A DNA stretch of 64,000 nt. Origin: an uncultured Candidatus Rokubacteria bacterium. Its GTDB lineage: Bacteria; Methylomirabilota; Methylomirabilia; Rokubacteriales; CSP1-6. A model generated the notes under the pieces. It had not been told where the DNA came from. It saw nothing but the letters and a program-made list of their open reading frames with translations, and did no database searches. Where the stretch lies: contig CAVVEU010000008.1 in assembly GCA_963747235.1 (NCBI GenBank), forward strand, positions 544,001 through 608,000, in the 5' to 3' direction. The position numbers and the translations under genes were made by a program. Shown one piece after another: positions 1 through 12,094 of the stretch (its first letter is position 1; each line of letters begins with the position of its first letter).

Positions 1-789
1 GCGACGGCACCGCCGCCCGCTCCCATCTGACCCGGCCGCGATCCAGCTCGGCCAGGGCGAGGGCGGGAGCCAGGCCCACCCCCAGGCCCCCCGAGACGTA
101 GGCGAGCAGGAGGGACACGCTCGGCACGTCGATGGTGGACGTGGGCTGGATGCGCTCACGCGTCAGGTAGTCCTCCAGCAGCCGCCGTCCCTGGCTCCCC
201 GCGCCGAGTCGCAGCAGGGGCTCGTGGGCGAGCCGGTCGGGCAGGGGCACGTGCTTCCCGGCCGGCGGGGCCCGACCCAGACGAAGGGCTGGTCGAAGAG
301 CCGCTCGGCCTCGAGCCCGCGCGGGATCTCCTGGCCGGTGACCACCGCGCAGTCCACCTCGCCGAGCCCCACCAGGCGGATGCCCTCGCGCGAGTGGGTG
401 GTGGCGATCTCGAAGCGGAGCGGCACCCGCTCCTCGAGGAGCTCGCGCAGCACCGGCACCAGCAGGGCCTTGCCGAGGTAGTCGCTGACCGCGACGCGCA
501 GGGTCGCGGGCGGCCGACCGGACAGCTCGGCCAGGTGGGCGAAGAGCGCCTCCGTCTCGGTGCCGAGCTTCAGGATGCCGGGCAGGGCGGCCTCGCCCGC
601 CGCGGTGAGCCGGACGCCGCGGCCCGCGCGCTCGAGGAAGGTCACGCCCAGATGCCGCTCGAGCTTGCGGATCTGCTGGCTGATCGCGGAGGAGGTGCGA
701 TGGTGCAGCCGCGCCGCCGCGCCCACCGAGCCGCTGCGCGCGACGGTCAGCAGGCTCAGCAGGGCGGGGAGGAGGGCGGCGTCGATCAT
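1..789 (-). CDS. LysR-family transcriptional regulator (frameshift near 245; 3' end runs off the window)
   Basis: N-terminal LysR HTH (GSVGAAARLHHRTSSAISQQIRKLERHLGVTFLER); the substrate-binding domain continues in another frame (LLRLGAGSQGRRLLEDYL...VSGGLGVGLAP). Divergent from leuC. Confidence 0.9.
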
Positions 790-796
790 TAGCGGA

Positions 797-815
797 TCTT
801 ACGGGACCGGCAAGA
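797..815. promoter_or_regulatory. Putative LysR T-N11-A box between lysR and leuC
   Basis: TCTT-ACGGGACCGGC-AAGA dyad (T800-N11-A812) overlapping the lysR -10 (TAAGAT, minus strand 801-796). Confidence 0.6.
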
Positions 816-892
816 ATATTTCACTATACTTAACGGTCTGACGGCGGGACACTCTCCCGGCCGGCCACCCTGCCGGTCACACGGAGGAGACC

Positions 893-2298
893 ATGGCGTC
901 AACGCTGCTCGATAAAGTCTGGGACGCTCACACGGTGCGCACGCTGCCCTCGGGGCAGACGCAGCTCCTGATCGGGCTCCATCTCATCCACGAGGTCACC
1001 TCGCCCCAGGCCTTCCAGGCCCTCAACGAGCTGAAGCTGCCGGTGCGCATGCCGCAGCGGACCTTCGCCACGCTCGACCACATCATCCCCACGACCGCCC
1101 AGCAGCGGCCGTTCGCCGACGCGGTGGCGGAGGAGATGGCGGTCCACATGATCCGCAACTCCCAGGGCGAGCGGGGTCACCCTGTTCGGGCTCGACAGCG
1201 GCCGGCAGGGCATCGTGCACGTGATCGGGCCCGAGCTCGGGCTGACCCAGCCGGGCATGACCATCGCGTGCGGCGACAGCCACACCGCGACGCACGGGGC
1301 GGTCGGGCGCGATCGCCTTCGGCATCGGCACCAGCCAGGTGCGCGACGTCCTGGCCACCCAGTGCCTGGCCATGGCCAAGCCCAAGCTCCGGCAGGTGCG
1401 GGTGGACGGCGCGCTCTCCAGGGGCGTCTACGCCAAGGACGTCATCCTCGCGATCATCCGCACCCTGGGGGTCAACGGGGGCGTGGGCTACGCCTACGAG
1501 TACGCGGGCGCGGTGGTGGACCGGATGACGATGGAGGAGCGGCTCACGCTCTGCAACATGTCCATCGAAGGCGGCGCCCGCTCCGGCTACGTCAACCCGG
1601 ACCAGACCACCTTCGACTACCTGCGCGGCCGCCAGTACGCCCCGCAGGGCGCGGCGTTCGACCGCGCGGTGACGTGGTGGACGGGCATGGCGTCCGACGC
1701 GAGCGCCTCGTACGACGACGTCAAGCGGCTCGACGGCAACGCCATCCCGCCGATGGTGACCTGGGGCATCAACCCGGGGCAGTCGGTCGGCGTGGGCGAG
1801 CGCATCCCGTCGCCCGAGTCGGCGCCGGAGCCGGAGCGCCCCACCTACCGCGAGGGCCTGGCCCACATGGGCTTCGAGGCGGGCCAGCCCATCGCGGGCG
1901 CCAAGATCGACGTGGTGTTCATCGGCTCGTGCACGAACTCGCGGATCTCGGACCTGCGGGTGGCCGCCGCGGTCGCCAAGGGCAACCGGGTGGCCAAGGG
2001 CGTGCGCGCGATCGTGGTGCCGGGCTCGCAGCTCGTGGCCAAGGAGGCGGAGGCCGAGGGGCTCCACGAGGTCTTCCGCGAGGCGGGCTTCGAGTGGCGG
2101 AACGCGGGCTGCTCGATGTGCCTCGGCATGAACGACGACAAGCTCAAGGGCCGCGAGATGAGCGCGTCCACCAGCAACCGCAACTTCATCGGGCGGCAGG
2201 GGAGCCCCACCGGCCGGACGCTCCTGATGAGCCCGGCCATGGCGGCGGCGGCCGCGCTCAACGGCGCGGTCACCGACGTGCGGGAGATGATGAAATGA
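893..2298 (+). CDS. leuC: 3-isopropylmalate dehydratase large subunit (frameshifts near 1165 and 1305)
   Basis: Motifs [37 protein letters not shown] and STSNRNF spread across three frames; RBS GGAGGAG. Confidence 0.93.
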
Positions 2299-2888
2299 GC
2301 GAGAGCGCGCGGCGGCAGATCGCGGGGCGGGGCATTCCGGTCCCCGGCAACGACATCGACACCGATCGGATCATCCCGGCGCGGTTCCTCAAGACGGTCA
2401 CCAACGAGGGCCTGGGGCTTCACGCCTTCGAGGACGCGCGCAAGTCCGACCCGGAGCACTCGTTCAACCAGAAGGCGTACGAAGGCGCCTCGGTGCTGGT
2501 GGGGGGCATGAACTTCGGCTGCGGGTCCTCGCGCGAGCACGCGCCGGAATCGCTCAAGCAGTGGGGCATCAAGGCGATCGTGGCCGGCTCCTTCGCCGAG
2601 ATCTTCTTCGGCAACTGCACCATCCTCGGCATCCCGTGCCTGTCCATCTCGCAGGACGACGTGCTCTGGCTGCAGCGCGCGGTGGGCCGCGATCCGAAGC
2701 AGGCGGTCACGGTGGACGTGGAGCGGCAGGAGGTGCGCGTGGGCGATCGGGTCATCCCGGCCCGGATCGCCGACGGCGCGCGCAACCAGCTCGTCTCCGG
2801 GGCGTGGAACGCCACCGGCGTGCTGCTGGACGCGGGCGACGCGATCGAGGCCACCGCGGGGCGCCTGCCGTACGTCAAGGGCTTCTGA
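2295..2888 (+). CDS. leuD: 3-isopropylmalate dehydratase small subunit
   Basis: [33 protein letters not shown]; ATGA overlap with leuC. Confidence 0.93.
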   Translation: MSESARRQIAGRGIPVPGNDIDTDRIIPARFLKTVTNEGLGLHAFEDARKSDPEHSFNQKAYEGASVLVGGMNFGCGSSREHAPESLKQWGIKAIVAGSFAEIFFGNCTILGIPCLSISQDDVLWLQRAVGRDPKQAVTVDVERQEVRVGDRVIPARIADGARNQLVSGAWNATGVLLDAGDAIEATAGRLPYVKGF

Positions 2889-2893
2889 CCCGG

Positions 2894-3788
2894 GTGCCGA
2901 CCGTCCGCACGCCGATCCTCGAGATCGGCTACGAGGAGTGGGGCGACGCGACGGGCGCCCCGGTGGTCCTCCTCCACGGGTTTCCCGACGACGCGCACGC
3001 CTGGGACGCGGTGGCGCCGCCGCTGGCCGCGCGCGGCCACCGGGTGCTTGCGCCCTACCTGCGCGGCTACGGGCCCACCCGCTTCCTCGACGCGGACGCG
3101 CCGCGCATGGCGCAGCAGGCCGCGATCGGCCAGGACCTGCTGGACTTCCTGGACGCGCTCGGGATCGAGCGGGCCGCGCTGGCCGGCTACGACTGGGGCG
3201 GGCGCGCGGCCTGCATCACCGCCATCCTGGCGCCCGCGCGCGTGCGCGCTCTGGTCACCATCGGCGGCTACAACGTCCAGAACACGATCGCGGCGCCTCA
3301 GCCCGCCTCCGCACTGCAGGAGCGGGCCAACTGGTACCAGTGGTACTTCAACACCGAGCGGGGGCGTCTCGGCCTCGAGCAGAACCGCCGCGAGATCTGC
3401 CGGCTCCTCTGGCGGGACTGGTCGCCGGGCTGGCGCTTCGACGACGCGACGTTCGAGCGGGCGGCGGCCGCCTTCGACAACCCCGACTTCGTCCCGGTGG
3501 TGATTCACTCCTACCGGCACCGCTACCGCAACGCGCCGGGCGAGCCGCGCCTCGACGCGATCGAGCGCCGCCTGGCCGAGCGGCCGCGCCTCGAGGTGCC
3601 GAGCGCGATCCTGCACGGCCGCGACGACGGCGTGGACCCGCCGGCGCGCAGCGAGACGCACCCCGCCCTGTTCCCGGCCGGGACCGAGCGGCGCGTGATC
3701 CCGGACGCCGGCCACTTCCTCCCCCGCGAGCAGCCCGCGCGCGGTGGTGGACGCGCTCCTCTCCCTGCTGGCCCGGACGGCGCGGTAG
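2894..3788 (+). CDS. Alpha/beta hydrolase, epoxide-hydrolase-like (frameshift near 3740)
   Basis: LLHGFPD, GYDWGG nucleophile elbow, AGHFLPRE. Confidence 0.88.
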
Positions 3789-3791
3789 GCC

Positions 3792-4658
3792 ATGTGGGTC
3801 CTGCTCGCGGTGCTCGCGGCCCTGTGCCAGGTGCTGCGCAACACGGTGATGAAGCGCCTCGGCCACTCGCTCGACGAGTACATCAACGTGTGGGGGCGCT
3901 TCACGTTCCTGCTCCCCTTCGCGGGCGCCTTCGTGCTGTGGAAGGGCGTGCCCGAGATCAAGCCCGGGTTCTATCTCGCCTGCGCCTCGTTCGCGGTGTG
4001 CCAGACCATCTCGACCATGGCGCTCTCCAAGGCGCTCAAGCTCGCCGAGATCTCCATGGTCACCGCGCTGTGGAAGGTGAGCCTGCTGATCCTGGTGGTG
4101 CTGGGCTACTTCACGCTGCGGGAGCAGCCGACGCTCCTCGGCATCGCGGGCATCCTGATCAGCATGTCGGGCGTCTACCTGCTGAACGTCCACCGCGCCC
4201 ACATCGCCTGGTGGGCGCCGCTGGCCGTGCTCTTCACCGATCGAGGGATGCGCTACACCCTGCTCGCCGCGCTCTTCTTCGCGCCGTCGGTGGTCACGAT
4301 CAAGTGGGCGATGCAGTGCTCCGACCAGTACATGGGCACGCTGGGCGGCTACGTGGCCGCGAGCCTGCTCGTCACCCCGATCGTGCTCAAGACCTCGCGG
4401 CGGCACTTCGTGGAGATCCCGAAATACTGGAAGGCCTTCGTGAGCTTCGGGCTCTTCGCCTCGCTCACCACGATCAGCCAGGGCACCGCCTACCTCATGA
4501 CGCTGTCCTCCTACGTGGAGGCGGTGAAGCAGGTGGAGATCCTCTTCGCGATGGCGATCGGCACCGTGATGTTCCACGAGAAGCAGAAGGTGCGGGACAT
4601 CGCGCCGGGGGCGCTGGTGATGCTGGCGGGCGTGGTGCTGCTGAGCCTGGCGGGCTAG
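3792..4658 (+). CDS. EamA/DMT-family transporter
   Basis: About ten hydrophobic segments in two EamA-like repeats. Confidence 0.85.
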   Translation: MWVLLAVLAALCQVLRNTVMKRLGHSLDEYINVWGRFTFLLPFAGAFVLWKGVPEIKPGFYLACASFAVCQTISTMALSKALKLAEISMVTALWKVSLLILVVLGYFTLREQPTLLGIAGILISMSGVYLLNVHRAHIAWWAPLAVLFTDRGMRYTLLAALFFAPSVVTIKWAMQCSDQYMGTLGGYVAASLLVTPIVLKTSRRHFVEIPKYWKAFVSFGLFASLTTISQGTAYLMTLSSYVEAVKQVEILFAMAIGTVMFHEKQKVRDIAPGALVMLAGVVLLSLAG

Positions 4659-5020
4659 ATCTCCGGCCGCTTGCCGTGGGTGGCGCGGACCACCGTCTTG
4701 ATCCCGCCGCGCACCGTGAAGTCTCCGATCACCTCGATCCAGCGCGGCGCCGCCGCGGCCACGAAGTCGTTCAGGATCCGGTTGGTCACGTCCTCGTGAA
4801 ACGCCCCTTCGTTCCGGTACGACCAGATGTAGAGCTTGATCGCCTTCAGCTCGAGCAGGTGCCGGTCCGGCACGTATCGCACCCGAATAGTCGCGAAGTC
4901 GGGCTGGCCGGTGCGGGGGCAGACGCAGGTGAACTCGGGGATCTCGAGGCTGATCTCGTAGTCGCGGTCCGGGTGCGGATTGGGCACGACCTCGAGCGCC
5001 TTCGACGGCTGCGTGGGCAT
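4655..5020 (-). CDS. queF: NADPH-dependent preQ0 reductase
   Basis: [29 protein letters not shown]. Confidence 0.95.
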   Translation of the reverse strand: MPTQPSKALEVVPNPHPDRDYEISLEIPEFTCVCPRTGQPDFATIRVRYVPDRHLLELKAIKLYIWSYRNEGAFHEDVTNRILNDFVAAAAPRWIEVIGDFTVRGGIKTVVRATHGKRPEI

Positions 5021-5026
5021 GGCCCG

Positions 5027-5055
5027 ACGCTACCGCGCCGCCGGGCAGGGGTCAA
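5027..5055 (-). promoter_or_regulatory. sigma70-type promoter for queF (probably leaderless)
   Basis: TTGACC-17 nt-TAGCGT, 6 nt before the ATG; no SD sequence. Confidence 0.6.
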
Positions 5056-5060
5056 GGCGG

Positions 5061-5969
5061 TCAGCGGCGGACGGTGAGGCCGATGCCGGCCGCGACCATG
5101 ACGCTCGAGAGGAGCAGCAGCGGGCTCAGCTCGTCCCCGGTGATCGCGGCGGCGACGAGCACGCCGAAGAGCGGGGTGGTGAGCGAGCAGGTGGCGAGCG
5201 CGCTCGCCAGGTAGACCTTGAAGAGATACGAGTTGACGATGAAGTTGAAGCCGGCCACCACCGCGCCCTGGTAGAAGAGCGAGGCGGCCAGGGCGGGCGT
5301 GTAGCGAGTGGGAGCGCCCGACTCCAGCAACACGCTCGCGACCAGGAAGCAGGCGCTTCCGATGGCGGACTGGAAGACGAGCAGCTTGAGCGGATCGAAC
5401 CTCTGGACCGCGCGCGCCATGTACACGACCCGCTCCGCGAGCAGCACCGCGCTGCCCGCCACCACGAGGTCGCCGACCAGGGTCTCGCTCCGGAGCGAGA
5501 AGTCGCGCGCGAAGAGGAGCACGATGCCGGTGTAGGCGATCAGCACGCCGCCCACCTTGGCGGGCGTGAGGCGATCGCCCGGGATCATGAAGTGGGCGAG
5601 CACCACCGTGTGCACCGCGTAGGAGTTGAGGATCACCGCGCCGTGGGAGGCGGTGGTGAGGCCGATCCCCACGTTCATGGTGCCGATCTGCACCGAGAAG
5701 ATCACCCCGAGCGAGATCAGCACACGCCACTCGCCCCGTCGCACGTCGAAGAGGCCCGGATGGCGCAGCCACCACGCGTAGGCCAGGACCACGAGGCCGC
5801 CCAGGACGAAGCGGAAGAACGCGAGGCGCAGCGGGGGCGCGTCGGCGAGGCCGACCTTCACCGCGATCGGGTTGGCGCCCCACAGCGCGGCCAGCGTGAG
5901 CGCGGTCGCGGTGCCGCGCCAGTCGAGGGGACGGAGGGAAGCCACTAGAAGGCGCGCGCGCGGCGCCAC
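5061..5969 (-). CDS. EamA/DMT-family transporter
   Basis: LWGANPIAVKVGL...PPLRLAFFRF; two EamA repeats; start codon uncertain. Confidence 0.85.
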   Translation of the reverse strand: MAPRARLLVASLRPLDWRGTATALTLAALWGANPIAVKVGLADAPPLRLAFFRFVLGGLVVLAYAWWLRHPGLFDVRRGEWRVLISLGVIFSVQIGTMNVGIGLTTASHGAVILNSYAVHTVVLAHFMIPGDRLTPAKVGGVLIAYTGIVLLFARDFSLRSETLVGDLVVAGSAVLLAERVVYMARAVQRFDPLKLLVFQSAIGSACFLVASVLLESGAPTRYTPALAASLFYQGAVVAGFNFIVNSYLFKVYLASALATCSLTTPLFGVLVAAAITGDELSPLLLLSSVMVAAGIGLTVRR

Positions 5970-6008
5970 GGGACGGCCATGTCGGCGGCTATGGTAGCAT
6001 GGCCTTCC

Positions 6009-7088
6009 ATGAAGATCGGGCTCGTCGGCCTTCCCAAGAGCGGCAAGACCTCACTGTTCAACCTGCTGACCGGCGCGACCGTCGCGACCTCGTCGTTCGG
6101 CACCGCGCGCGGCGAGATGCACGCGGGCGTGGCCCGGGTGCCCGACGCGCGCGTCGAGCGCCTGACCGCGATGTTCAAGCCGAAGAAGACGACCTACGCC
6201 ACCTTCGAGGTGGTGGACCTCGCGGGGATCGCGAAGGGCGAGCGGCAGGGGCTCGAGGCCAAGGAGTTCCGCAATGCCGACGCGCTGCTGCACGTGGTGC
6301 GCGCGTTCCCGGACACCGCGGGCACCGCCGCCGATCCGGGCGGCGACATCGACGATCTGGAGACCGAGCTGATCCTGGCCGATCTCGAGGTGGTGGAGCG
6401 GCGGCTCGAGCGGCTCGAAGCGCAGATCAAGAAGAAGCGGACCGACACCGACGTGTACGAGCAGACGGTGCTCCTGAAGGTGAAGCCCCTGCTCGAGTCC
6501 GAGCGACCGATCCGCGCGATGGGTCTCAGCGACGACGAGGCGCGGGCCCTCCGCGGCTTCACCTTCCTGTCCCAGAAGCCCATCCTCCACTGCCTGAACC
6601 TGTCCGAGAAGGAGATCGCGCGCGGGACCACGCTCGTGGAGAGCTTCGGGCTCCAGGCGGTGGCGGCGCGCCCGGCCACGCGCCTCGGCTGGGTCTCCGC
6701 GGTGATCGAGGCGGAGGTCGCGCAGCTCGCGGGGCCGGAGCAGGCCGCGTTCCTGGCCGACCTGGGCCTGACCGAGCCGGCGATCGGCCGCGTGCTGCAG
6801 GACTGCTACGCGCTGCTCGGCCTCATCTCGTTCTTCACGGTGGGCGAGGACGAGGTGCGCGCCTGGTCCGTCCCGCGCGCCACCCGCGCCCAGGACGCGG
6901 CCGGGGCCATCCATTCGGACATCGCGCGGGGCTTCATCCGCGCCGAGGTCGTGGGCTACGACGACCTCCTGGCCGCCGACGGCTCGATGGCCACCGCGCG
7001 CGAGCGCGGGCGGTTCCGGCTCGAGGGCAAGGACTATCAGGTCCTGGACGGAGAGATCTGCCACTTCCGCTTCAACGTGGGCAAGTAG
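6009..7088 (+). CDS. ychF: Redox-regulated ATPase YchF
   Basis: MKIGLVGLPKSGKT, VDLAG, AGAIHSDIARGFIRAEV, EGKDYQVLDG. Confidence 0.93.
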   Translation: MKIGLVGLPKSGKTSLFNLLTGATVATSSFGTARGEMHAGVARVPDARVERLTAMFKPKKTTYATFEVVDLAGIAKGERQGLEAKEFRNADALLHVVRAFPDTAGTAADPGGDIDDLETELILADLEVVERRLERLEAQIKKKRTDTDVYEQTVLLKVKPLLESERPIRAMGLSDDEARALRGFTFLSQKPILHCLNLSEKEIARGTTLVESFGLQAVAARPATRLGWVSAVIEAEVAQLAGPEQAAFLADLGLTEPAIGRVLQDCYALLGLISFFTVGEDEVRAWSVPRATRAQDAAGAIHSDIARGFIRAEVVGYDDLLAADGSMATARERGRFRLEGKDYQVLDGEICHFRFNVGK

Positions 7089-7096
7089 CCCACCGC

Positions 7097-7763
7097 CTAG
7101 CTCGGCAGCTTCCCCCACGCGACCCAGTGGCGGTCGCTGACCATCTCGCAGCGCAGGCGATCGAGCCCCGCCTTCGCGATCTGGGCCCGCACCTCGTCCA
7201 GGGTAAAGGCCGCGCAGAGCGAGTGGAAGAAATCGCGCTTGAGCACCTCCGGCTCGTCCGCCGAGTACGTCTCGACGATCGCGCGCGCCCGCTCGGGGGA
7301 TTCCGGGCGGTGCAGATCCATGATCAGGGCCGGGGCGCCCGCGCGGCCGAGCCGCGCGACCTCGGACCAGAACACGTCCGCGTGCGGCATGTGGTGCAGC
7401 AGGCTGTTGGAGACGACGGCGTGGAAGCCGCCCGGCGCGCGTCCGAGGCCCGGCAGGCGCGCGCGGACGAGCGCGACGCGGCTCGCGAGTCCGGCGGCGG
7501 CCACCGCACGGCGGCCGGGCGCGAGCATCACCTCCGATCCGTCCACGCCGGTCACGGTGACGGCGGGCAGGGCCCGGCAGAAGCGGATCGGGATGTCGGC
7601 CGGCCCGCAGCCGAGATCCACGAGCCGGCCGCGCGTGAAGTCGGGGAAGAGGGCGCGGAAGCGGTCCACGAAGCGCCTGATTCACCGTCGCGAAGTCTCC
7701 CGCCGCGTAGGCTTCCGCCTGGTCCGGGTCGGTCATCAGCTCGGGCTCGAGCACGCGGTTCAT
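7097..7763 (-). CDS. Class I SAM-dependent methyltransferase (frameshift near 7675)
   Basis: MNRVLEPELM N-terminus, VDLGCGPAD motif I, SNSLLHH. Confidence 0.85.
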
Positions 7764-8335
7764 CGGCGCGCGTCCTTCGTCCCCTGGCGGCACTCGATGG
7801 GCAGGGTGAGGGTGAAGCGGTCGGCGGGATAGACCCGCTGCGGATCGTGGCAGCCCACCGCGGCGCCGAGCGGATCCTCGGTGCCGCGCAGGTCGCCGTC
7901 GCGATGCGAGGCGCAGGCGGTGGTGCAGAGCTCGAGGTGCACGTGGGGCACGCCCGCCGCATTGCCCGAGGCGCCGGAGAACCCGATGCGCTCACCGCGC
8001 GCGACGGCCTGTCCGGTCGCGACCACGGCGCGCGTCAGGTGGCAGTACGCGGTCCAGCGCTTGAAGCGGGGATGCGAGAGCACCACCCCGACTCCGCACC
8101 CCGGCTCGTAGTCGATCAGCAGGCTGACGACCCCATCGGCGGCGGCCAGCACCGGCGTGCCGACCGGCGCCGCGAAGTCCACGCCGGCGTGGGGCAGCAG
8201 GCGCGGGCGCGCGTTGGCGCCGAGCCGCGAGCGGTAGGGCGAGAGGATGACCACGTCGACCGCCTCCTCGGCGGCCGAGACGACCGACGCGACGAGGAGG
8301 ACCGCGACGGCGAGTCCGGAGCGAACACCGGGCAT
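7760..8335 (-). CDS. M23-family metallopeptidase with signal peptide
   Basis: HAGVDF, GTPVLAAADG, YCHL, PHVHLE. Confidence 0.88.
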   Translation of the reverse strand: MPGVRSGLAVAVLLVASVVSAAEEAVDVVILSPYRSRLGANARPRLLPHAGVDFAAPVGTPVLAAADGVVSLLIDYEPGCGVGVVLSHPRFKRWTAYCHLTRAVVATGQAVARGERIGFSGASGNAAGVPHVHLELCTTACASHRDGDLRGTEDPLGAAVGCHDPQRVYPADRFTLTLPIECRQGTKDARR

Positions 8336-8338
8336 GCG

Positions 8339-9347
8339 CTACTGGGGCCGGAGGAAGCCGAGCTTCGGCACGCCGCCCAGGGTCTGCGCGACCTTCACCA
8401 GGGTCGCGTCCGAGGTGCCGACCGGCAGCACGCAGCCCGCGCCCAGGAAGACGCCGCGGCCGGCCGTCTGGGCGAGCGCGTCCTGGATCTGGGCGAGCGC
8501 GGCCTCGGGGCTCGCGTCCTGCAGCGCGCTCCACTGGTCGAGCCCGCCGATGACCGCGCCCGGCACGCGGGCCTGGCCCTCCCGCAGCGACGGGCCGGCG
8601 CGGCGGTCGTCCCAGTTCCAGGCGTCCGCGGGCAGGGCGGCGAGGCGATCGAACATCAGGCGCTCGCCGTGGCAGTGCAGGATCGTGAGCTTGGAACGCG
8701 GACGGACGGCTTCCAGGATGCGCCGGTCGTAGGGCTCGCCGAAGCGCCGGTATTCTTCCTCGGTGTGGAAGGCGGTGCTGGCCGCCTGCACCGAGTAGAA
8801 GATGCCCTCCGCGCTCTCCCGGAAGCAGGCCTCCATGAACGCGAGGATCGTCTCGGTGATGGCCTCGAGGGCGTCGGTGACCGCCTGCGGGTTCTCCTTG
8901 AGATCGTAGTTGAGCCGGTCGCCCGAGAGCTTGCGCGCGAGCGAGAGCGGGCTGAACACGGTCGGGATGGTGGGGCAGTCCACGCGGCGGTCCACCACGC
9001 AGCGGATGATGGTCTCGAGGTGCGAGGCCCACTCGGTGGACTCCATCTTCACCGGGCGGATCTTCTTCCAGTCCTCGGGGGCGTTGACCGCGTGCCGCGC
9101 GCACGGCCGGTGGCCGTCCGGGCAGGACCTCCGCGCTCTCGACGCATCCCCAGTCCGCCACCGCGTAGCCGCCGGTCGGCGTCACCTTGAGGAAGTCCGA
9201 CTGGTAGCGCTCGTGAAAGCGCAGGGTGGACTGCGCCAGCGCGGCCGGGTTGCGATCCACGTCGGGGAAATGGCGCCAGAAGGCGTAGGGCGGCCGATCG
9301 GTGGGCTCGCGCCGGAGCGCGGCCAGGACTCGCTCGAGCTTGGTCAT
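8339..9347 (-). CDS. Uroporphyrinogen decarboxylase/MtaA-like TIM-barrel protein (frameshift near 9120)
   Basis: MTKLERVLAAL..DRPPYAFWRHFP, DFLKV, TVFSPLS, LHCHG, LGAGCV. Confidence 0.8.
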
Positions 9348-10240
9348 GGCGCCAGCACGAGCTCCGCGTCGCGCACCGCGGGGCGGCCGTCCTCGGCGAG
9401 CGCCTCGAAGCCCACGACGGCGCCGGCCGTCGACGGCCGGGGCGCCTGCCCGCGGACCACGCAGGCGCGAGGGCATCCGCACCATGGCGCCGAAGCGGGC
9501 GGTCACCGCGCGCACCGGCGTGGCCGCGCCGCGCGGCTGCTGCCGCAGCGCCTGCGAGATGGCGAGGGCCAGCGTGGCGGTGCCGTGGAGGATGATGTCG
9601 GGGAGCCCGGCGCCGAGCGCGACCGCGCGGTCGGTGTGGATCGGGTTCCAGATGCGCGCGCATTCCGTGTAGACGTGGGCGAGGGTGGCGGCGATCGGCA
9701 CCTCCGACCACCGACCACGCCCTCACCCTGCCCTCTCCCCTGAGGGGAGAGGGTCTCGCGCTCCCTCTCCCCCTGGGGAGAGGGGCGGGGTGAGGGGCGG
9801 TCGCACTCCACGCCGAGGTACAGCGAGCCGTACTCGGTGGTGCTCACGGGCCGGCCCGCCGCGTCCACCGTCTCCATGCGCAGCACCAGATAGGCGCCGG
9901 GCGTCCGGCGCTCGAGCGCGGCGACGGTGGCGGTGGTGCTGAGCCGGTCGCCCGCGCGCGGCGGCCGGTGCAGGGTGAGGCGATGGGTCGCGTGCACGCC
10001 GCGCACCGCGACCTCGTCCGGCAGCGCCTTGGCCCGCACGTCCAGCGCGAGCGGCCACTCGTAGCAGACGGGAAAGAGCGGGTGGGCGAGGACGCCGGCC
10101 GGCCGCGTGGTGTCGAAGTACTCGGGGGCGGACTCGCCGAGCGCGGCCGCGTAGGCCATCAGCCAGCGGGCGTCCACCTCGTGCTCGCGCGGGCCGACCG
10201 TGATGCCGACGGCGGAGGCGGGAATGCGCAGGGCCGTCAT
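9344..10240 (-). CDS. MaoC-like double-hotdog dehydratase (frameshifts near 9705 and 9460; palindromic insert in the linker)
   Basis: N-terminal hotdog domain (AYAAALG..HPLFP), then WNPIHTD...ILHGTATL hydratase motif. Confidence 0.8.
9720..9796. repeat. CCCTCTCCC/GGGAGAGGG composite palindromic repeat (REP-like), inside a CDS
   Basis: CCCTCACCCTG-CCCTCTCCCC-TGA-GGGGAGAGGG..CCCTCTCCCC-CT-GGGGAGAGGG-GCGGGGTGAGGG; second copy at 16258-16330. Confidence 0.85.
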
Positions 10241-12094
10241 GGCACGCGGGGGAAGTTCATGCAGTCCACGAAGATGGTCTCGAAGTCGGGGTGCGCGGCG
10301 AGCGAGACGTGCTCGATGCGCCGAGGCGATGACCTCGGCCCGGGCGCGCTCGGCCTCGGAGACCAGCGCGAGCTGCGCGCCCAGCGCGGCCGCGTTGCCG
10401 ACGTAGCGGATCTTCGCTTCCGGGAGATCGGGCGGGATGAGCCCGATGCGCAGCGCGCTGCGCACCGAGAGGTAGTTGCCGAAGCCGCCCGCCAGCATCA
10501 GCTCCTCGATCTGCTCGGGGCCGACGCCCGCGATGTGCCGCAGCATGGCGACCCCGGAGGCGATGGCGCCCTTGCAGAGCTGCACCTGCCGGATGTCGTC
10601 CTGGGTGAGCACGATCTCGCGCTCCGCGCCGTGCTCGCCGGGACGCGCGAGCACGACCACCCGCTCCTCGCCGCGCATCTCCACGCGCGAGCGCATGGGG
10701 GCGGGGAGCCGGTCGCGCCCGTCCACGTCGATGAGCCCGGTCCAGTCCACCACGCCCAGGTCGAGCAGGGCGGCCACCGCGTCCACGAGGCCGGAGCCGC
10801 AGATCCCCTGGGCGGGCGCGTCGCCGATGGTGTGCAGGCGGAGGTCGCCGTCCTCCACGCCCACGCGGTCGATGGCGCCGATGGCCGCGCGCATGCCGTG
10901 CCGGATCTGGGCGCCCTCGAGCGCGGGGCCGGCGGGAGCCGAGCACGCCCACAGCCGCTCGCGCGAGCCGAGCAGGACTTCCCCATTCGTCCCGATATCC
11001 ACCGCGATGCGGAGCGCGGGCGATTCGTCCATGCGGGTCGCGAGCGCCACCGCCACCGCGTCCGCGCCCACGAAGCCGGCCACGATCGGGAGCAGGCACA
11101 CGCGCGCCTCGGGGGGCAGCTTGAGGAAGAGATCGCGCGCGGGCAGCGTGAGCGGGTGCCGCATCACCGGCGCGTAGGGGGCGAGGCCCACGTAGGAGGG
11201 ATCGATGCCCAGCAGCAGGTGGTGCATGCAGGTGTTGCCCACGATCACGACCTTGTAGATCCACTTGGACAGGACGCCCGACTCGCGCGCGATCTGCTCG
11301 ATGTGCTGGTTGAGCAGGCCGATGATGCGCGTCTGCAGCTTGCGGAGGTTGCCCGGGTCGAACTGGGCGAAGGCGATGCGCGACATCAGGTCGCCGCCGA
11401 AGACGGCCTGCGGGTTCAGGCTCGACGCCGACGCGAGCTGCTCGCCCGACTCGAGCTCCATGAGGGTGGTCACCACGCTGGTGGTCCCGATGTCGATGGC
11501 GAGGCCGTACTTGTGGAGCGCGGTGTCGCCCGCTTCCACGGCCAGGACCTGGCGGCCGAACGTGGTCACCGTCACCTCGCCGTCGCGCTCGCGCAGCGCC
11601 GCGGGCAGCGTCTTGAGCACCGCGGGCGGAACGTCCTCGATCGCGCCCCCCGTCGCGGCGAGCAGCGCCTCCAGGTCGGAGGTCTGGAGATGCTCGTCCT
11701 TGGGCAGGGTCACCTGGACCGCGCGCTTGCGGATCCCCGCGTCGATCGAGATCGGCGCGGGCGCGCCGGCCGGCCGCTCGCCCCCCAGGATCTGGAAGGT
11801 CGTGTCGTCGAGCGGCGGCGCGATCTGCACGGTGACCGCCTCGGTGACCGGCCACTGGCAGGAGAGCCGGTAGCCCTCGCGCACGAGGGCGTCGCCGAGC
11901 TGCAGCTCGTCCATGATGGTGGGCGGCGGCGCGGTGCCCGCGACCAGCTTGACCCGGCAGGAGGTGCAGCGGCCCCGTCCGCCGCAGATCGCGTTGATGT
12001 CCACGCCGCCGGCGTGCGCGGCCTTCAGGATGGTCGTGCCGGGCTTGGTGTCGAGGACGCGCGGGCCGGGCAGAATGGTCAGGGAAATCGCCAT
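10237..12094 (-). CDS. 2Fe-2S/ASKHA ATPase reductive activator of corrinoid proteins (RACo/DUF4445; frameshift near 10320)
   Basis: CGGRGRCTSC 2Fe-2S motif, DIGTTSV, GGDLMSRI, GFVGAD, DIGTNGE, AGPALEG, GICGSG, LAGGFG, GNAAALGA. Confidence 0.9.
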
